Shown here: in pieces, positions 28,868-38,773 of the stretch
Numbering within the stretch: position 1 is the first letter of the stretch
How the letters are laid out: every line of letters starts with the position of its first letter
NCBI GenBank assembly: GCA_944319735.1
Contig: CALUEU010000007.1
Location: 1,189-65,188, forward strand
Length of the DNA stretch: 64,000 nt
Source of the DNA: an uncultured Methanomassiliicoccus sp.
GTDB taxonomy: Archaea; Thermoplasmatota; Thermoplasmata; Methanomassiliicoccales; Methanomassiliicoccaceae
Reading direction: 5' to 3'
Position numbers and translations under genes: made by a program
Notes under the pieces: generated by a model
What the model saw: the letters and a program-made list of their open reading frames with translations, nothing else
Told to the model about the DNA's origin: nothing
Databases searched by the model: none

Positions 28868-29805
28868 TCACCTTAGAAGAGCTTCAGGAAAAACCAGACA
28901 AACTCACGGAAGGACACAGGCTCTGCGCAGGCTGCGGAGAACCGACAATTGTAAGACAAGTCCTAATGGCCACAGATCTGCCGGTAGTGGTATCCAACGC
29001 AACAGGATGCTTTGAAGTTTCAACTTCAGGATTCCCCTATTCTGCATGGAACGTCCCATGGATACACAGCGCCTTTGAGAATGCAGCAGCTACCATTGCA
29101 GGTGTCGAGTCTGCATACAGGGTCCTAAAAAGGAAAGGCAAGATCCAGGATGAAATGAGGTTTGCTGCTTTTGCAGGAGACGGCGGTACATACGATATCG
29201 GATTCCAGGCCTTGTCTGGTGCAATCGAGCGCGGACATCAGTTCCTGTTCGTATGCATGAACAATGAGGCTTACATGAACACTGGTATTCAGAGAAGCGG
29301 TGCCACAGGCAAAGGTGCTTCCACTACTACCAGCCCTGCAGGATCCGTCATTCCAGGAAAGAAAGAGTTCCCGAAAGACATCACCAAGATCATCGCTGCC
29401 CACGAACTTCCTTATGCTGCCCAGGCCTCTCCGCACAACTGGAAAGACCTTCACGAGAAAGCAAAGAAAGGATTCGAAGCTGGCGGACCAGCCTTTATGA
29501 ATGTCATATCCCCCTGCCCGAGAGGATGGAGACACGATTCCTCCCAGACAATCGCTATTGCAAGACTTGCTGTAGAAACCTGCGTCTGGCCTCTCTATGA
29601 GTACGACCATGGAAAATGGAATCTCACCGGCGAAAGCAAACGCATCGCCGAGGGCAAGAAAGACAAACTCCCGATCGACGACTGGATCAAATCCCAGGGA
29701 AGGTTCAAACACCTTCAGAGTGCAAAATGGGAAAACGTCGCTGATGAGATCCAGGAAAACGTTGACAAAAAATGGGATGAACTCGTCAGGCTGTCTCAAC
29801 TCTAA
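28864..29805 (+). CDS. porB: pyruvate:ferredoxin oxidoreductase beta subunit (TPP-binding)
   Basis: CAGCGE, GDGGTYDIG TPP motif, NNEAYMNTG. 4-nt overlap with porA. Confidence 0.9.
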   Translation: MITLEELQEKPDKLTEGHRLCAGCGEPTIVRQVLMATDLPVVVSNATGCFEVSTSGFPYSAWNVPWIHSAFENAAATIAGVESAYRVLKRKGKIQDEMRFAAFAGDGGTYDIGFQALSGAIERGHQFLFVCMNNEAYMNTGIQRSGATGKGASTTTSPAGSVIPGKKEFPKDITKIIAAHELPYAAQASPHNWKDLHEKAKKGFEAGGPAFMNVISPCPRGWRHDSSQTIAIARLAVETCVWPLYEYDHGKWNLTGESKRIAEGKKDKLPIDDWIKSQGRFKHLQSAKWENVADEIQENVDKKWDELVRLSQL

Positions 29806-30023
29806 AACATCTTTCAACCAAACCTCTTTTTTCTTATTTTTCGTTGATCCAGTACTAGAAAATCAAAAGATACTAAGTTGCTGCAAATATATGATTTTGC
29901 AGTAGGGTTAATTAGCAGCACATTCAACAAGTCAAATAAATTGCATATACCGACTTAAAAACACTCAACACAAAGACGGTGATGTCTATCATTTATCGAA
30001 ACAATAATTAAAAACCACACCCC

Positions 30024-30047
30024 CAGATCCGCAGAAATGCGGATCTG
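30024..30047 (+). other. perfect 10-bp hairpin with GAAA loop downstream of porB
   Basis: CAGATCCGCA-GAAA-TGCGGATCTG read directly. It lies 220 nt after the porB stop with no adjoining T-run, so its terminator role is uncertain. Confidence 0.4.
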
Positions 30048-30193
30048 ATAATGCCAATAATGTCCTGACTCTGAACCCATCATCGCACGTAACTAGGGCC
30101 GCACGACCTCTCGGCGGATGCGCAACTAGTAATTACATTTGCCATATTTATTCAATCCCTCAAGCAAATGTGATAAATCATAAAAACTTAAAA

Positions 30194-30262
30194 ACTTCTT
30201 AAAACCTATTTTATGAACTATGTGAAAGTTGACACTTCTTAAAATCTGTTTTATGAACTATG
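30194..30262 (+). repeat. two 29-nt direct repeats (27/29 identical), 40-nt period
   Basis: ACTTCTTAAAACCTATTTTATGAACTATG (30194-30222) and ACTTCTTAAAATCTGTTTTATGAACTATG (30234-30262), just upstream of the ATPase gene. Confidence 0.9.
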
Positions 30263-30307
30263 AATTTAGGGATAGTTTATTAAATGTAATTGCATCTTTA
30301 CACATGA

Positions 30308-31522
30308 ATGCAGAAGATGATCGATAGACCCGATTATTTAAACAAACTCATCAGCTTCCGAGATAAGCAGTTGATAAAAGTTGTAACTGGAATCCGCCGT
30401 TGTGGAAAATCAACGCTCTTTGATATTTACTGCAATCATCTCCGAGACAGCGGAGTCTCTGAAGAGCAGATCATCCGTATAAATCTGGAAGATCCTGATT
30501 ATCACGATATCAAAAACTACATGCAGTTATATGGTCTGATCAAAAGCCGACTGCATCCAGATGCTATGAATTATATATTTATTGATGAAGTTCAAGTAGT
30601 TCCAGATTTTCAAAAAGCAGTGGATGGACTTTTCATCAAAAACAACTGTGATGTGTACATTACAGGATCAAATGCTTACATAATGTCTGGGGAACTCGCA
30701 ACCCTTCTTTCAGGGCGTTATGTGGAAATAAAAATGCTTCCCTTATCATTTGGTGAATACATCTCTGCATTAGAAGATAATACAGATCTGATGAGGAAGT
30801 ATCAGAGATATGTACAGAACGGTTCATTTCCTTATATTCTGCAGCTGAATGATAAAAAATCCATTCGCACTTACCTAGACGGCTTGTATAATTCAATAGT
30901 TCTCAAAGATATAATGGCCCGCCATAATTTTTCAGATGTTAACATGTTAGACAGTGTGATACGTTTTATGTTTGACAACGTGGGAAACATCTGCTCTGCA
31001 GCAAAGATAGCCAATACTATGAGTGCAAACGGACGTAAAATTTCTGTTCCTACTGTAGAATCATATCTATCGGCACTTGTCAACAGCTTCGTGCTGTACA
31101 AAGTGGAAAGATATGATGTGAAAGGCAGACAGCATCTCGCCACTCTTGCAAAGTATTATCTTTCTGACACCGGGCTGCGATACTACTTACTTGGAAGCAA
31201 ACGGGCTGATGATGGGCACATCTTAGAAAATATCGTTTATCTTGAACTTCTGCGCCGCGGCTATGAAGTGTATGTTGGCAAAGTAGGATCTGCAGAAGTT
31301 GACTTTATTGCAATTGGAGAAGAAGGTGAAGAGTACTATCAGGTTGCATACACTGTAATTGATGCCGATGGAAAAACTCTACAAAGAGAATTGGCGCCTC
31401 TGGAACAAATACAAGACCACAATCCGAAGTATCTGCTGACTTTAGACTATTCGCCGCTCACATCCCACAACGGCATAAAACAGATCAATGTTTTAGATTG
31501 GCTTTTAAGCGCGAAGCAGTAA
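30308..31522 (+). CDS. AAA-family ATPase with DUF4143-type C-terminus (COG1373)
   Basis: Walker A GIRRCGKST, Walker B IFIDEVQ, and a C-terminal restriction-endonuclease-like region typical of this family. Confidence 0.8.
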   Translation: MQKMIDRPDYLNKLISFRDKQLIKVVTGIRRCGKSTLFDIYCNHLRDSGVSEEQIIRINLEDPDYHDIKNYMQLYGLIKSRLHPDAMNYIFIDEVQVVPDFQKAVDGLFIKNNCDVYITGSNAYIMSGELATLLSGRYVEIKMLPLSFGEYISALEDNTDLMRKYQRYVQNGSFPYILQLNDKKSIRTYLDGLYNSIVLKDIMARHNFSDVNMLDSVIRFMFDNVGNICSAAKIANTMSANGRKISVPTVESYLSALVNSFVLYKVERYDVKGRQHLATLAKYYLSDTGLRYYLLGSKRADDGHILENIVYLELLRRGYEVYVGKVGSAEVDFIAIGEEGEEYYQVAYTVIDADGKTLQRELAPLEQIQDHNPKYLLTLDYSPLTSHNGIKQINVLDWLLSAKQ

Positions 31523-31616
31523 CTGCTGGATCAGATTATTCTATCCTCTTCTGATTAATATATAAATCTAGATCGTTAGGGAGAGTATTTATCTTGTTAC
31601 TTGTGCATTCACAATT

Positions 31617-32276
31617 ATGGTAGACAAAACTATTTTTCCAAAATGTGACCAGTGTGGAGATGTAGGCTGCAAGCTAGGATCTCCAGGAAAATTCCCAAGA
31701 TGCCCCACTAACATTTCAGAGCATACACTCGAAGAGATTAAAAACCGCTATATGGAAGAAGACGTGAACAAGATCATGCAAGCCGGTGCGGAGACTGAGC
31801 GCGGCACCATAAAAATGATCGACGGTGTTCCAACTCCCATCAGGCCGAGAATCTCCGAGATTATGGCTTTTGCTCGTTCTATGGGCTGGAATAAGTTGGG
31901 AGTAGCTTTCTGCCTTGCCACTCGCGAAGAGGCAATCAAATTGATCAGGGTGCTGGAAGCCAATGAATTTGAAGTTCATTCTGTGATCTGCCGTGCATTC
32001 TCAATGAAGAAGGGTGACATAGGCATCCCCGACAAAAACTGCCTGTCTAGTCCTCTGGAAACAGTATGCAATCCTGTTTATCAGGCTGAACTTCTCAATG
32101 AGGCAGAGACTGATCTTAACATCGTTGTAGGTTTGTGTGTAGGCCATGATATGCTTTTCAATAAATTCTCTAAGGCATATACAACCACACTGATGGTCAA
32201 AGACCGTATGACTGCCAACAACCCGATGGATGTCTTGAATTCACCATTCTTCAAAGGCATCTTAGTAAAAAAGTAA
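31617..32276 (+). CDS. DUF1847-like metal-binding protein
   Basis: N-terminal CDQCGDVGC...CP cysteines and the GLCVGHD motif recalled from DUF1847 proteins. Confidence 0.55.
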   Translation: MVDKTIFPKCDQCGDVGCKLGSPGKFPRCPTNISEHTLEEIKNRYMEEDVNKIMQAGAETERGTIKMIDGVPTPIRPRISEIMAFARSMGWNKLGVAFCLATREEAIKLIRVLEANEFEVHSVICRAFSMKKGDIGIPDKNCLSSPLETVCNPVYQAELLNEAETDLNIVVGLCVGHDMLFNKFSKAYTTTLMVKDRMTANNPMDVLNSPFFKGILVKK

Positions 32277-32311
32277 ACATCTTCTGATGGCTGTTCTGCA
32301 GCCATCTATCT

Positions 32312-33244
32312 TTATAACACATTTTGTTCAATGTCTGATTCAGTCTGAACCTTGCTTTTCTTCTTTTCAGACATGAACAGACCTGCTAAGGTAAGCACGA
32401 TTCCGCAGACTATCATTCCCGTTATCTGTTCCCCAAGAATAATTGCCGATGAGACAGTAGTTACCACAGGAACCAAGTAGATGTACACGCTGGTTTTTAC
32501 TGATCCCAGCACTTTCAATGCAAAGTTCCAGGTTACGAAACACAGGGCTGAGGCACCTAATCCCAGGAACAGGATGTTGACCATGTTGCCTGCATTCAGG
32601 AATGCCGACACTTCTGGATGAAAATCCATCATGCAGACTGCCGGCAGCATGAATACTAAGCCGTAAGTGAAGATGATCTTTGTAGCCTGTACTGTGTCAT
32701 ATCCAAAGCTCCCAATTTTTTTGCTTAGGGTAGAGTAGGCAGCCCAGATGATCGAAGCAATGATTGCTAAAATGTCTCCAAGTGGATTCAATTTAAGATT
32801 TGCCTCAGTGTTGTATCCGATCAGGAATATGCCGACCATGGCAATTGCAAATCCTACAAAGAAAATGACACCTGGACGCTCGTCTTTGAGGAACAGGTAG
32901 CCGAAGATGGCGGTGAAAAACGGAGCCACTGAGAGGATGATTCCTACATTTGATGCCAGCGTGTATGTCAAGGCAATATTTTCAAACAGATAGTACAGGG
33001 TAACTCCGCACAAACCGGCTGCTGCAAAGTACCAGTGATGCTTTTTGTTGCTGACATGCATAATCCGCGGACATATCAGCCAGAGTGCTGCATAACCGAT
33101 TACAAAACGAATAAAAAGAATTTCAATCGGGGTGAAGTACTCAAGCAAACTTTTGGTGGAGACATAAGTAATTCCCCAGATTATAACCGTGATGAATGCC
33201 GCAATGTGCCCTTTTGACTCATTTCGTATTTCCATTGCATCCAT
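32312..33244 (-). CDS. EamA/DMT-family transporter
   Basis: 310 aa with 10 TM helices in a duplicated EamA arrangement. Confidence 0.85.
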   Translation of the reverse strand: MDAMEIRNESKGHIAAFITVIIWGITYVSTKSLLEYFTPIEILFIRFVIGYAALWLICPRIMHVSNKKHHWYFAAAGLCGVTLYYLFENIALTYTLASNVGIILSVAPFFTAIFGYLFLKDERPGVIFFVGFAIAMVGIFLIGYNTEANLKLNPLGDILAIIASIIWAAYSTLSKKIGSFGYDTVQATKIIFTYGLVFMLPAVCMMDFHPEVSAFLNAGNMVNILFLGLGASALCFVTWNFALKVLGSVKTSVYIYLVPVVTTVSSAIILGEQITGMIVCGIVLTLAGLFMSEKKKSKVQTESDIEQNVL

Positions 33245-33369
33245 CTCGATCTTATTGTTTTCAACTGAAGAGTAAACACTCCTTTATGAAGTATGCGACT
33301 CAAGGATGCTTTGTATTAAAATATTGCTGCACACAGTTCAGATGATCTGCATAGCTTACGCTCTAATCG

Positions 33370-34692
33370 TCAAATGTTAGTGTATGCTGAAAACACGTAC
33401 ATCAGCACGAATAATGCAGAGATTATGTACATCAGAATCGGAACTTCTTTGGCTTTTCCGCGGAAGATCTTAAGGACGGTGTATGCAATGAAACCGAAGC
33501 CTATACCGTCAGATATGGAATAGGTGAAGGGCATAACCGCTATCGTCAGAAAACAGGGAAGCGCGATCTCGAAATCATGCCAGTCAATGTTCTTTATGGC
33601 ACTCATCATTGAGACTCCCACAATAATAAGTGCAGGAGCAGTTGCTGCGCTGGGAATCATCAGGGCAAGCGGCCCCAACAGGATGGCTACCAGAAACAGC
33701 AGGCCTACAACGATGGAAGTAAGACCTGTGCGGCCCCCTTCTTTAATTCCCGTTGAAGATTCCATGTAAGTTGAGACTGTAGATGTACCTACCAGCGCTC
33801 CTGCGCAAGTAGCGACTGCATCAGCAATAAGTGCCTTGTCTCCTCTTTTGAAGTTACCGTCCTCATCAGCCATTCCCGAAGCGTTTGCCGTTCCTACCAG
33901 CGTTCCGACAGTGTCAAACATGTCTACCATGGTGAGTGTGACTATTGCCGTCAGCAGAGGCAGCACTCCGGCACTGAGCAGATTAAAGTCCAGCTGCAGG
34001 AAGGTAGGTGCAAGGCTGAAGTTGCTGTAGGTGAAAGCAGAAGGAACATCGGTAACTCCCAAGGGAATTCCGATTATTGTCGTGGCTATGATTCCAATGA
34101 AAATGGAACCTTTCACTTTCCATGCCATCAAAACTGCTGTTATGATGATTCCAATAATTACTAGCAGCACTTCAGGACTGGCTAAGTTTCCCATGTCTGT
34201 GACATTGCTTTCTCCCATGACGACGACAAGTCCAGAATTAAGCATGCCGATGAATGCTATGAAAAGACCTATTCCGGCCGCTATGGCGCTTTTAAGTGAT
34301 TTTGGTATTGATTCAATAATCTTTCCTCTCAGAGGCGTAATCGTGATTATTAAGAAAATCACACCGGAAATGAACACAATTGCCAGCGCTTGATGCCAAC
34401 TATATCCCATTCCCTGGCAGAGTGTAAACGTAAACAGGGCATTCAGACCCATTCCCGGCGCCTGAGCAAAAGGAATGTTGGCGATGAATGCCGTCAAAAA
34501 ACATCCTATGGCTGAAGCCACGCATGTGGCTATCATCACAGAGGCAAAATCCATCCCTGTGATCTTAAGCATGTCCGGATTGACAAATATGATATAGGAC
34601 ATGGCGAAGAATGTGGTGAATCCAGCTATTATCTCGGTACGAACATTTGTATTGTTTTCCTTCAGTTTAAACATCCGTTCCAATAGCAACAA
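33370..34692 (-). CDS. NCS2/AzgA-family purine (adenine/guanine/hypoxanthine) permease
   Basis: FKLKENNTNVRTEIIAGFTTF N-terminus and the TM layout are typical of AzgA-like permeases. ATG 34674 is an alternative start. Confidence 0.85.
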   Translation of the reverse strand: MLLLERMFKLKENNTNVRTEIIAGFTTFFAMSYIIFVNPDMLKITGMDFASVMIATCVASAIGCFLTAFIANIPFAQAPGMGLNALFTFTLCQGMGYSWHQALAIVFISGVIFLIITITPLRGKIIESIPKSLKSAIAAGIGLFIAFIGMLNSGLVVVMGESNVTDMGNLASPEVLLVIIGIIITAVLMAWKVKGSIFIGIIATTIIGIPLGVTDVPSAFTYSNFSLAPTFLQLDFNLLSAGVLPLLTAIVTLTMVDMFDTVGTLVGTANASGMADEDGNFKRGDKALIADAVATCAGALVGTSTVSTYMESSTGIKEGGRTGLTSIVVGLLFLVAILLGPLALMIPSAATAPALIIVGVSMMSAIKNIDWHDFEIALPCFLTIAVMPFTYSISDGIGFGFIAYTVLKIFRGKAKEVPILMYIISALFVLMYVFSAYTNI

Positions 34693-34902
34693 TTCTTACA
34701 TCTCCTCACACTGAACGATTGCTACACTGGTCTGTGCGACAGACTAATCAGCCTGCCCTAATATCTTTAATAAAATATAATGGTTACTTTCGAAAAATAC
34801 AATCTAAGATTGCATAATGTTGTTTTTATCTGAGATAATTACGAACATTCCGCCGATATGTCAGAATGATTTTTAGGACTGCATCCAGGCAAAAACATTT
34901 GT

Positions 34903-35112
34903 ATGGATTTACTAAACACTGCCGGGTTATTTCCTACTATTCAAATGGTGTTTTACATCCCGGCATTGCTTCTTATCTCGGGATATATTCTATACTATGC
35001 AGCTTCGGAAGTTGACAGCAGATCAATCAGACAAGTGGCGATGTCTTTATGGGTGCTGTCCTTTTCATTCACGATTCTGTCGTTTATGAATCTTGCTTTA
35101 AATATCTCATGA
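34903..35112 (+). CDS. hypothetical small 2-TM membrane protein
   Basis: 69-aa ORF with two hydrophobic helices. No homology claim. Confidence 0.3.
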   Translation: MDLLNTAGLFPTIQMVFYIPALLLISGYILYYAASEVDSRSIRQVAMSLWVLSFSFTILSFMNLALNIS

Positions 35113-35261
35113 TTTTTTTATTTTATTGAATCTTTAAGCTCTGTCACTATCGTTTAGATATTATAATCTTAATTCAGATGTGAGATGCATATTCGGCATA
35201 GTCTTTATCTGCAAACCCTAGTATTACTGCCATAGCATTTACAATATGCTCAAATGTACAA

Positions 35262-36023
35262 GTGACCGTCATGACTTTTGAAGAAAAATCAATCTGTGAA
35301 GAAAAAGGCCTGCTGGAAGAGAATATACAATCACATAAAGTTAACTTTATTTCTGAAATTGTTGCAGAATACGACATCAATCGTCCTAAACAATACGATC
35401 TGCAATTGAACTCGGGAGCTAAAAAGATTGTATTGTCCAGTTATGATGGTGAAAAAGTCTGTGTCAGGCTTGCTTCTGATACTGTGACAATGCTGCAGGA
35501 TGATTTTAAATTAAAAAACAAGGATGTGAGAAGCCGTTTTGATCTGACACTTAAATTGCAAAATGACCTCAATGCAGCGGTGATTGAAAGTTCACTATAT
35601 GTATTTATTATGTTACCAAAAAAATACATTTATGGAATTGAACTAGCAGCTAATGCTGAAAACATCGAGTTGTCTATGCTGGAATGCGATAAGATTGAAC
35701 TTGATGTAAAAACACAAAACATCTGTCTGGAAAATGTAGTCGGCAGTGTAGAAGTTAACTGCAACCAAAATATGAACATTAACTGCCATACTTTGAACGG
35801 TTCAATCGAAATTAATCAGTTATCTGCAGCTTCTAGGATTATGGTGCCGAATGGTTTATCATTCACTACTCTGGTAAAAGGCCGTGAAACAAGCGTATCT
35901 TACGAAATAGATGGTAAAGCCGCAGCAGATTTCAGCGTTGCTGAATCAGATAATATAATTGAGATCAATGGAAGAAAGAGTGAACTTGTTATCTGTACCA
36001 CAACCCCGCAGATGCAGGAATGA
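35262..36023 (+). CDS. DUF4097-like beta-strand repeat protein (putative adhesin fold)
   Basis: Repetitive short beta-strand units (VEVNCNQNMNINCHTLNGSIEINQ...) resemble DUF4097 proteins of Firmicutes. Weak assignment. Confidence 0.4.
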   Translation: MTVMTFEEKSICEEKGLLEENIQSHKVNFISEIVAEYDINRPKQYDLQLNSGAKKIVLSSYDGEKVCVRLASDTVTMLQDDFKLKNKDVRSRFDLTLKLQNDLNAAVIESSLYVFIMLPKKYIYGIELAANAENIELSMLECDKIELDVKTQNICLENVVGSVEVNCNQNMNINCHTLNGSIEINQLSAASRIMVPNGLSFTTLVKGRETSVSYEIDGKAAADFSVAESDNIIEINGRKSELVICTTTPQMQE

Positions 36024-36137
36024 GAAACATATCTGGCTGGTATGCGACCATACCGGCTTATTTTTTAGATTCAGTATCTGTGTATTTGTATGATTATAAC
36101 TGATTCCAAAACAAAATTGTACTTTGCTGCAATATGC

Positions 36138-36536
36138 TTAATCTGTTTCGTCTGGTTCCCAGGACAACACGCCGGTTTTCACAGCTCTTTCGTATCTGCT
36201 GATCTTAAAATTGAGCCGCTCTAACATCTCATCTATTGCTGCTTTCTGTTCCAGCAGCTTATCGCGCTGTTCTATCAAAAGGTCCAGCCTGGCGGGTATG
36301 GTTTCATCGCCTTCCTTATACAGTTTAATGTATTCAACAATCACCTCTACGGGAAGTCCAGCATTTCTCATACATGTGGCCTGCTCTACCCATTTGCAGT
36401 CTTCTTCGGTATAGTCGCGGGACCCACCCTTTGCGCGGTTGACAGGCGGAATGACTCCTACCCGTTCATAATAGCGCAGTGTATCCTGCGAGACACCGTA
36501 TTTCTTGCTGACCTCGGTGATTTTCATTCGATTCAC
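36138..36536 (-). CDS. MerR-family transcriptional regulator
   Basis: N-terminal HTH ITEVSKKYGVSQDTLRYYERVGVIPP followed by a coiled-coil dimerisation helix. Confidence 0.9.
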   Translation of the reverse strand: MNRMKITEVSKKYGVSQDTLRYYERVGVIPPVNRAKGGSRDYTEEDCKWVEQATCMRNAGLPVEVIVEYIKLYKEGDETIPARLDLLIEQRDKLLEQKAAIDEMLERLNFKISRYERAVKTGVLSWEPDETD

Positions 36537-36560
36537 CCCGTATCTGATTCTTTCTAAGAC

Positions 36561-37436
36561 TTATGAAATATTCAAGCTATTTGCTGATATCGGAGCACAG
36601 TTTTCTGTATTCTCCTCAGCTTTCATACTGCATTCTGACTTGCAGATCTTGTCAGTATCATAAGTTTCGTCTTTAATGATCATGGCCCGGAGAATCCCTG
36701 ACATCTCAGAAACTCTCTTTCCTCCGCCCATTCCTATTTTCTGAATGGAAAACCTCTGCGGTAGTTTGTTTAGAGTTTTTACCGCCGCCGCAATGGCCGC
36801 TCCTGTGGGGGTTACATGCTCTCCTGCAGCATCAGTAATGTGCAGGGTCAATCCGTAATCTGATGCAATGTTTGATACTGCCGGTGCAGGAATGGGAATC
36901 AAACCATGCTGGCATCTTACGGATCCCTTTCCTTCATACATGTCAGAAATTACTGCATCAGTTATTCCTAGATTATCTAGGCATACAGCTGCAGAAATTA
37001 TGTCCACTATGGAATCAACTGCTCCCACTTCATGGAAGTGAACTTCCTCTGGAACTACTCCATGAGCCTTAGCTTCAGCTTCTGCCAGTATCATGAATAT
37101 ATTCTTAGCTATGGCATTCGCTTCTGCTGTAATCTCAGCTTCATCAATTATCTCATATATGTCCTGCAGGCCGCGCTGATGCCCATGCATATGAAGGTTT
37201 TTCTTTCCATAGAGGTAATCCATATCATGATCATGATTTTCATTTAAAATAACATTAAAATCACAAACATCTAATCCAGACTTTCTTACACGGCTGATCT
37301 TTATCTCAAAATCTTTGAGGGGCAGACTGTCCAGTGCATTTTTTAGAACTTCTGCATCAGCTCCGATATCCAACAATGCTGCTACAGCCATGTCTCCGCT
37401 GATGCCGGCATAGCATTCTAGATACAGTATGCTCAT
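36561..37436 (-). CDS. LarC-like (DUF111) nickel-insertion protein, N-terminal (LarC1-like) portion only
   Basis: LYLECYAGISGDM, a His-rich stretch (NHDHDMD..HMHGH), HFHEVGAVDSIVDI and TPTGAAI. About 290 aa versus about 400 aa for full LarC. ATG 37436 preferred. Confidence 0.7.
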   Translation of the reverse strand: MSILYLECYAGISGDMAVAALLDIGADAEVLKNALDSLPLKDFEIKISRVRKSGLDVCDFNVILNENHDHDMDYLYGKKNLHMHGHQRGLQDIYEIIDEAEITAEANAIAKNIFMILAEAEAKAHGVVPEEVHFHEVGAVDSIVDIISAAVCLDNLGITDAVISDMYEGKGSVRCQHGLIPIPAPAVSNIASDYGLTLHITDAAGEHVTPTGAAIAAAVKTLNKLPQRFSIQKIGMGGGKRVSEMSGILRAMIIKDETYDTDKICKSECSMKAEENTENCAPISANSLNIS

Positions 37437-37523
37437 TTTATCCCTCAGTGTTTTAGCAGCTCTGCCATTCCTTTCAGGTATTTTATGATCTCGATATTCT
37501 GAACAGTCATCTCTTTGCAACTC

Positions 37524-38051
37524 TTAATTGATTAATTCTTCTTCTTTTAAATAAAATTCAATTTTCATAGATATCTCTGGGGAGCCAGCTTCACTGCCGC
37601 GGACCGCTATGCCTTCTAGAATTTTTGAGTTAGGACATAATCTCTGAATGTCATATACGCTGCCGCCAAATCCGCTTCCTTCATGAGTGCAGAATGGAAT
37701 TATTTTCTTTCCTGAAAAATCATATGACTCTAGAAACTTAAAAACAGCCATCGGCATCGTGCCGCACCAGTTGGGATATCCGATATAAATTGTATCATAG
37801 TCATTTATATCATTCAGTGTTTCAGCCAGATCTGGTCTTGAATCATTATTCAGTTCTTCTCTTGCAATTTCTACAGTTTTACGATAATCTTCAGGATAGG
37901 GATTTAAAGTTCTGATCTGAAATATATCACTGCCTGTAAGTTCTTTGATTTTATTTGCAATTATTTCTGTATTCCCTTTGTTGAGATTAACAATGTTGCC
38001 GCCGGCATAGTTTCCGCCGGCACGGGAAAAATAAGCTACAAGACTTTTCAT
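37524..38051 (-). CDS. flavodoxin-family protein
   Basis: SLVAYFSRAGGNY N-terminus and FMN-binding loops of the flavodoxin_4 type common in Firmicutes. Confidence 0.8.
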   Translation of the reverse strand: MKSLVAYFSRAGGNYAGGNIVNLNKGNTEIIANKIKELTGSDIFQIRTLNPYPEDYRKTVEIAREELNNDSRPDLAETLNDINDYDTIYIGYPNWCGTMPMAVFKFLESYDFSGKKIIPFCTHEGSGFGGSVYDIQRLCPNSKILEGIAVRGSEAGSPEISMKIEFYLKEEELIN

Positions 38052-38060
38052 GCATCCACC

Positions 38061-38597
38061 TCATATTTTCTTTCCCATTTCATATGCCTGTTCCAGTACA
38101 GGACTGTTCTGAACATCTCCTATTTCTGTGAGGCCAGTTCCGTACACTACTCCCCTTTCCTCCACATTGGAAAGGCAGGATGTAAATCCCCTCAGACTTT
38201 CAAGAGTTCTTTTCAGTGCTGATTTGTTGGGATCTGAAGCAGTCATTATGAAATAGAATTCTTTATTTTCAATTTCCATGTATCTTGCACATGTCCTGTC
38301 AATCAAAGTTTTCATCTGAGCTGACATTGTGTAAAAGTATACAGGGGTAGCCATAACGATTACATCAGAATCTATTATTTTCTGCACTATCTCTGCAGCA
38401 TCATCTTTCTGAGGACATGGTTTACCTTTGATGCATACGCTGCAACCGTTACAGTAGTCAATCTTCTTGTCCCTGAGGCAGATTTTTTCTACTGTATTTC
38501 CTGATCCTTCTGCACCTTTTGCAAACTGGTCGCAGAGCACATCTGAATTTCCACCCTTTCTGGGGCTTGATGAAATGATCAATACATTTTTGCTCAT
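38061..38597 (-). CDS. iron-sulfur flavoprotein-like NADPH-dependent FMN reductase
   Basis: ISSSPRKGGNS FMN loop plus a compact Cys cluster, CNGCSVCIKGKPC. Confidence 0.8.
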   Translation of the reverse strand: MSKNVLIISSSPRKGGNSDVLCDQFAKGAEGSGNTVEKICLRDKKIDYCNGCSVCIKGKPCPQKDDAAEIVQKIIDSDVIVMATPVYFYTMSAQMKTLIDRTCARYMEIENKEFYFIMTASDPNKSALKRTLESLRGFTSCLSNVEERGVVYGTGLTEIGDVQNSPVLEQAYEMGKKI

Positions 38598-38610
38598 TGT
38601 AAATCCTCAA

Positions 38611-38632
38611 ACTTAGAGTTTGATCTAAGTTA
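38611..38632. promoter_or_regulatory. perfect palindrome AACTTAGA-N6-TCTAAGTT, candidate MerR-type operator
   Basis: Read directly. It sits 14-35 nt upstream of the start codon (38597) of the flavoprotein-flavodoxin-LarC-MerR gene string. The dyad resembles NmlR/AdhR-type MerR sites. Confidence 0.35.
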
Positions 38633-38732
38633 AGGTACTTTGGTTATATAATGATTATTAGCTTTTTCAAATCTTATAAAATTCATTCATCTTTAGAATA
38701 ACAATGTTGGTTATAAAAAAAGTAGATATTGA

Positions 38733-38773
38733 CCGATGGGGACACCATATGGCACGGTGTCCCCATATATCGG
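38733..38773. other. strong interrupted hairpin (14 bp) in a 510-nt gene-free gap
   Basis: CCGAT-GGGGACACC-ATATGGCAC-GGTGTCCCC-ATAT-ATCGG read directly. Confidence 0.5.

Noticed and set aside
30194-30262. Possible mini-CRISPR array.
   Set aside because: There are only two repeat copies with an 11-nt spacer, no cas genes, and AT-rich repeats without the usual palindromic core.
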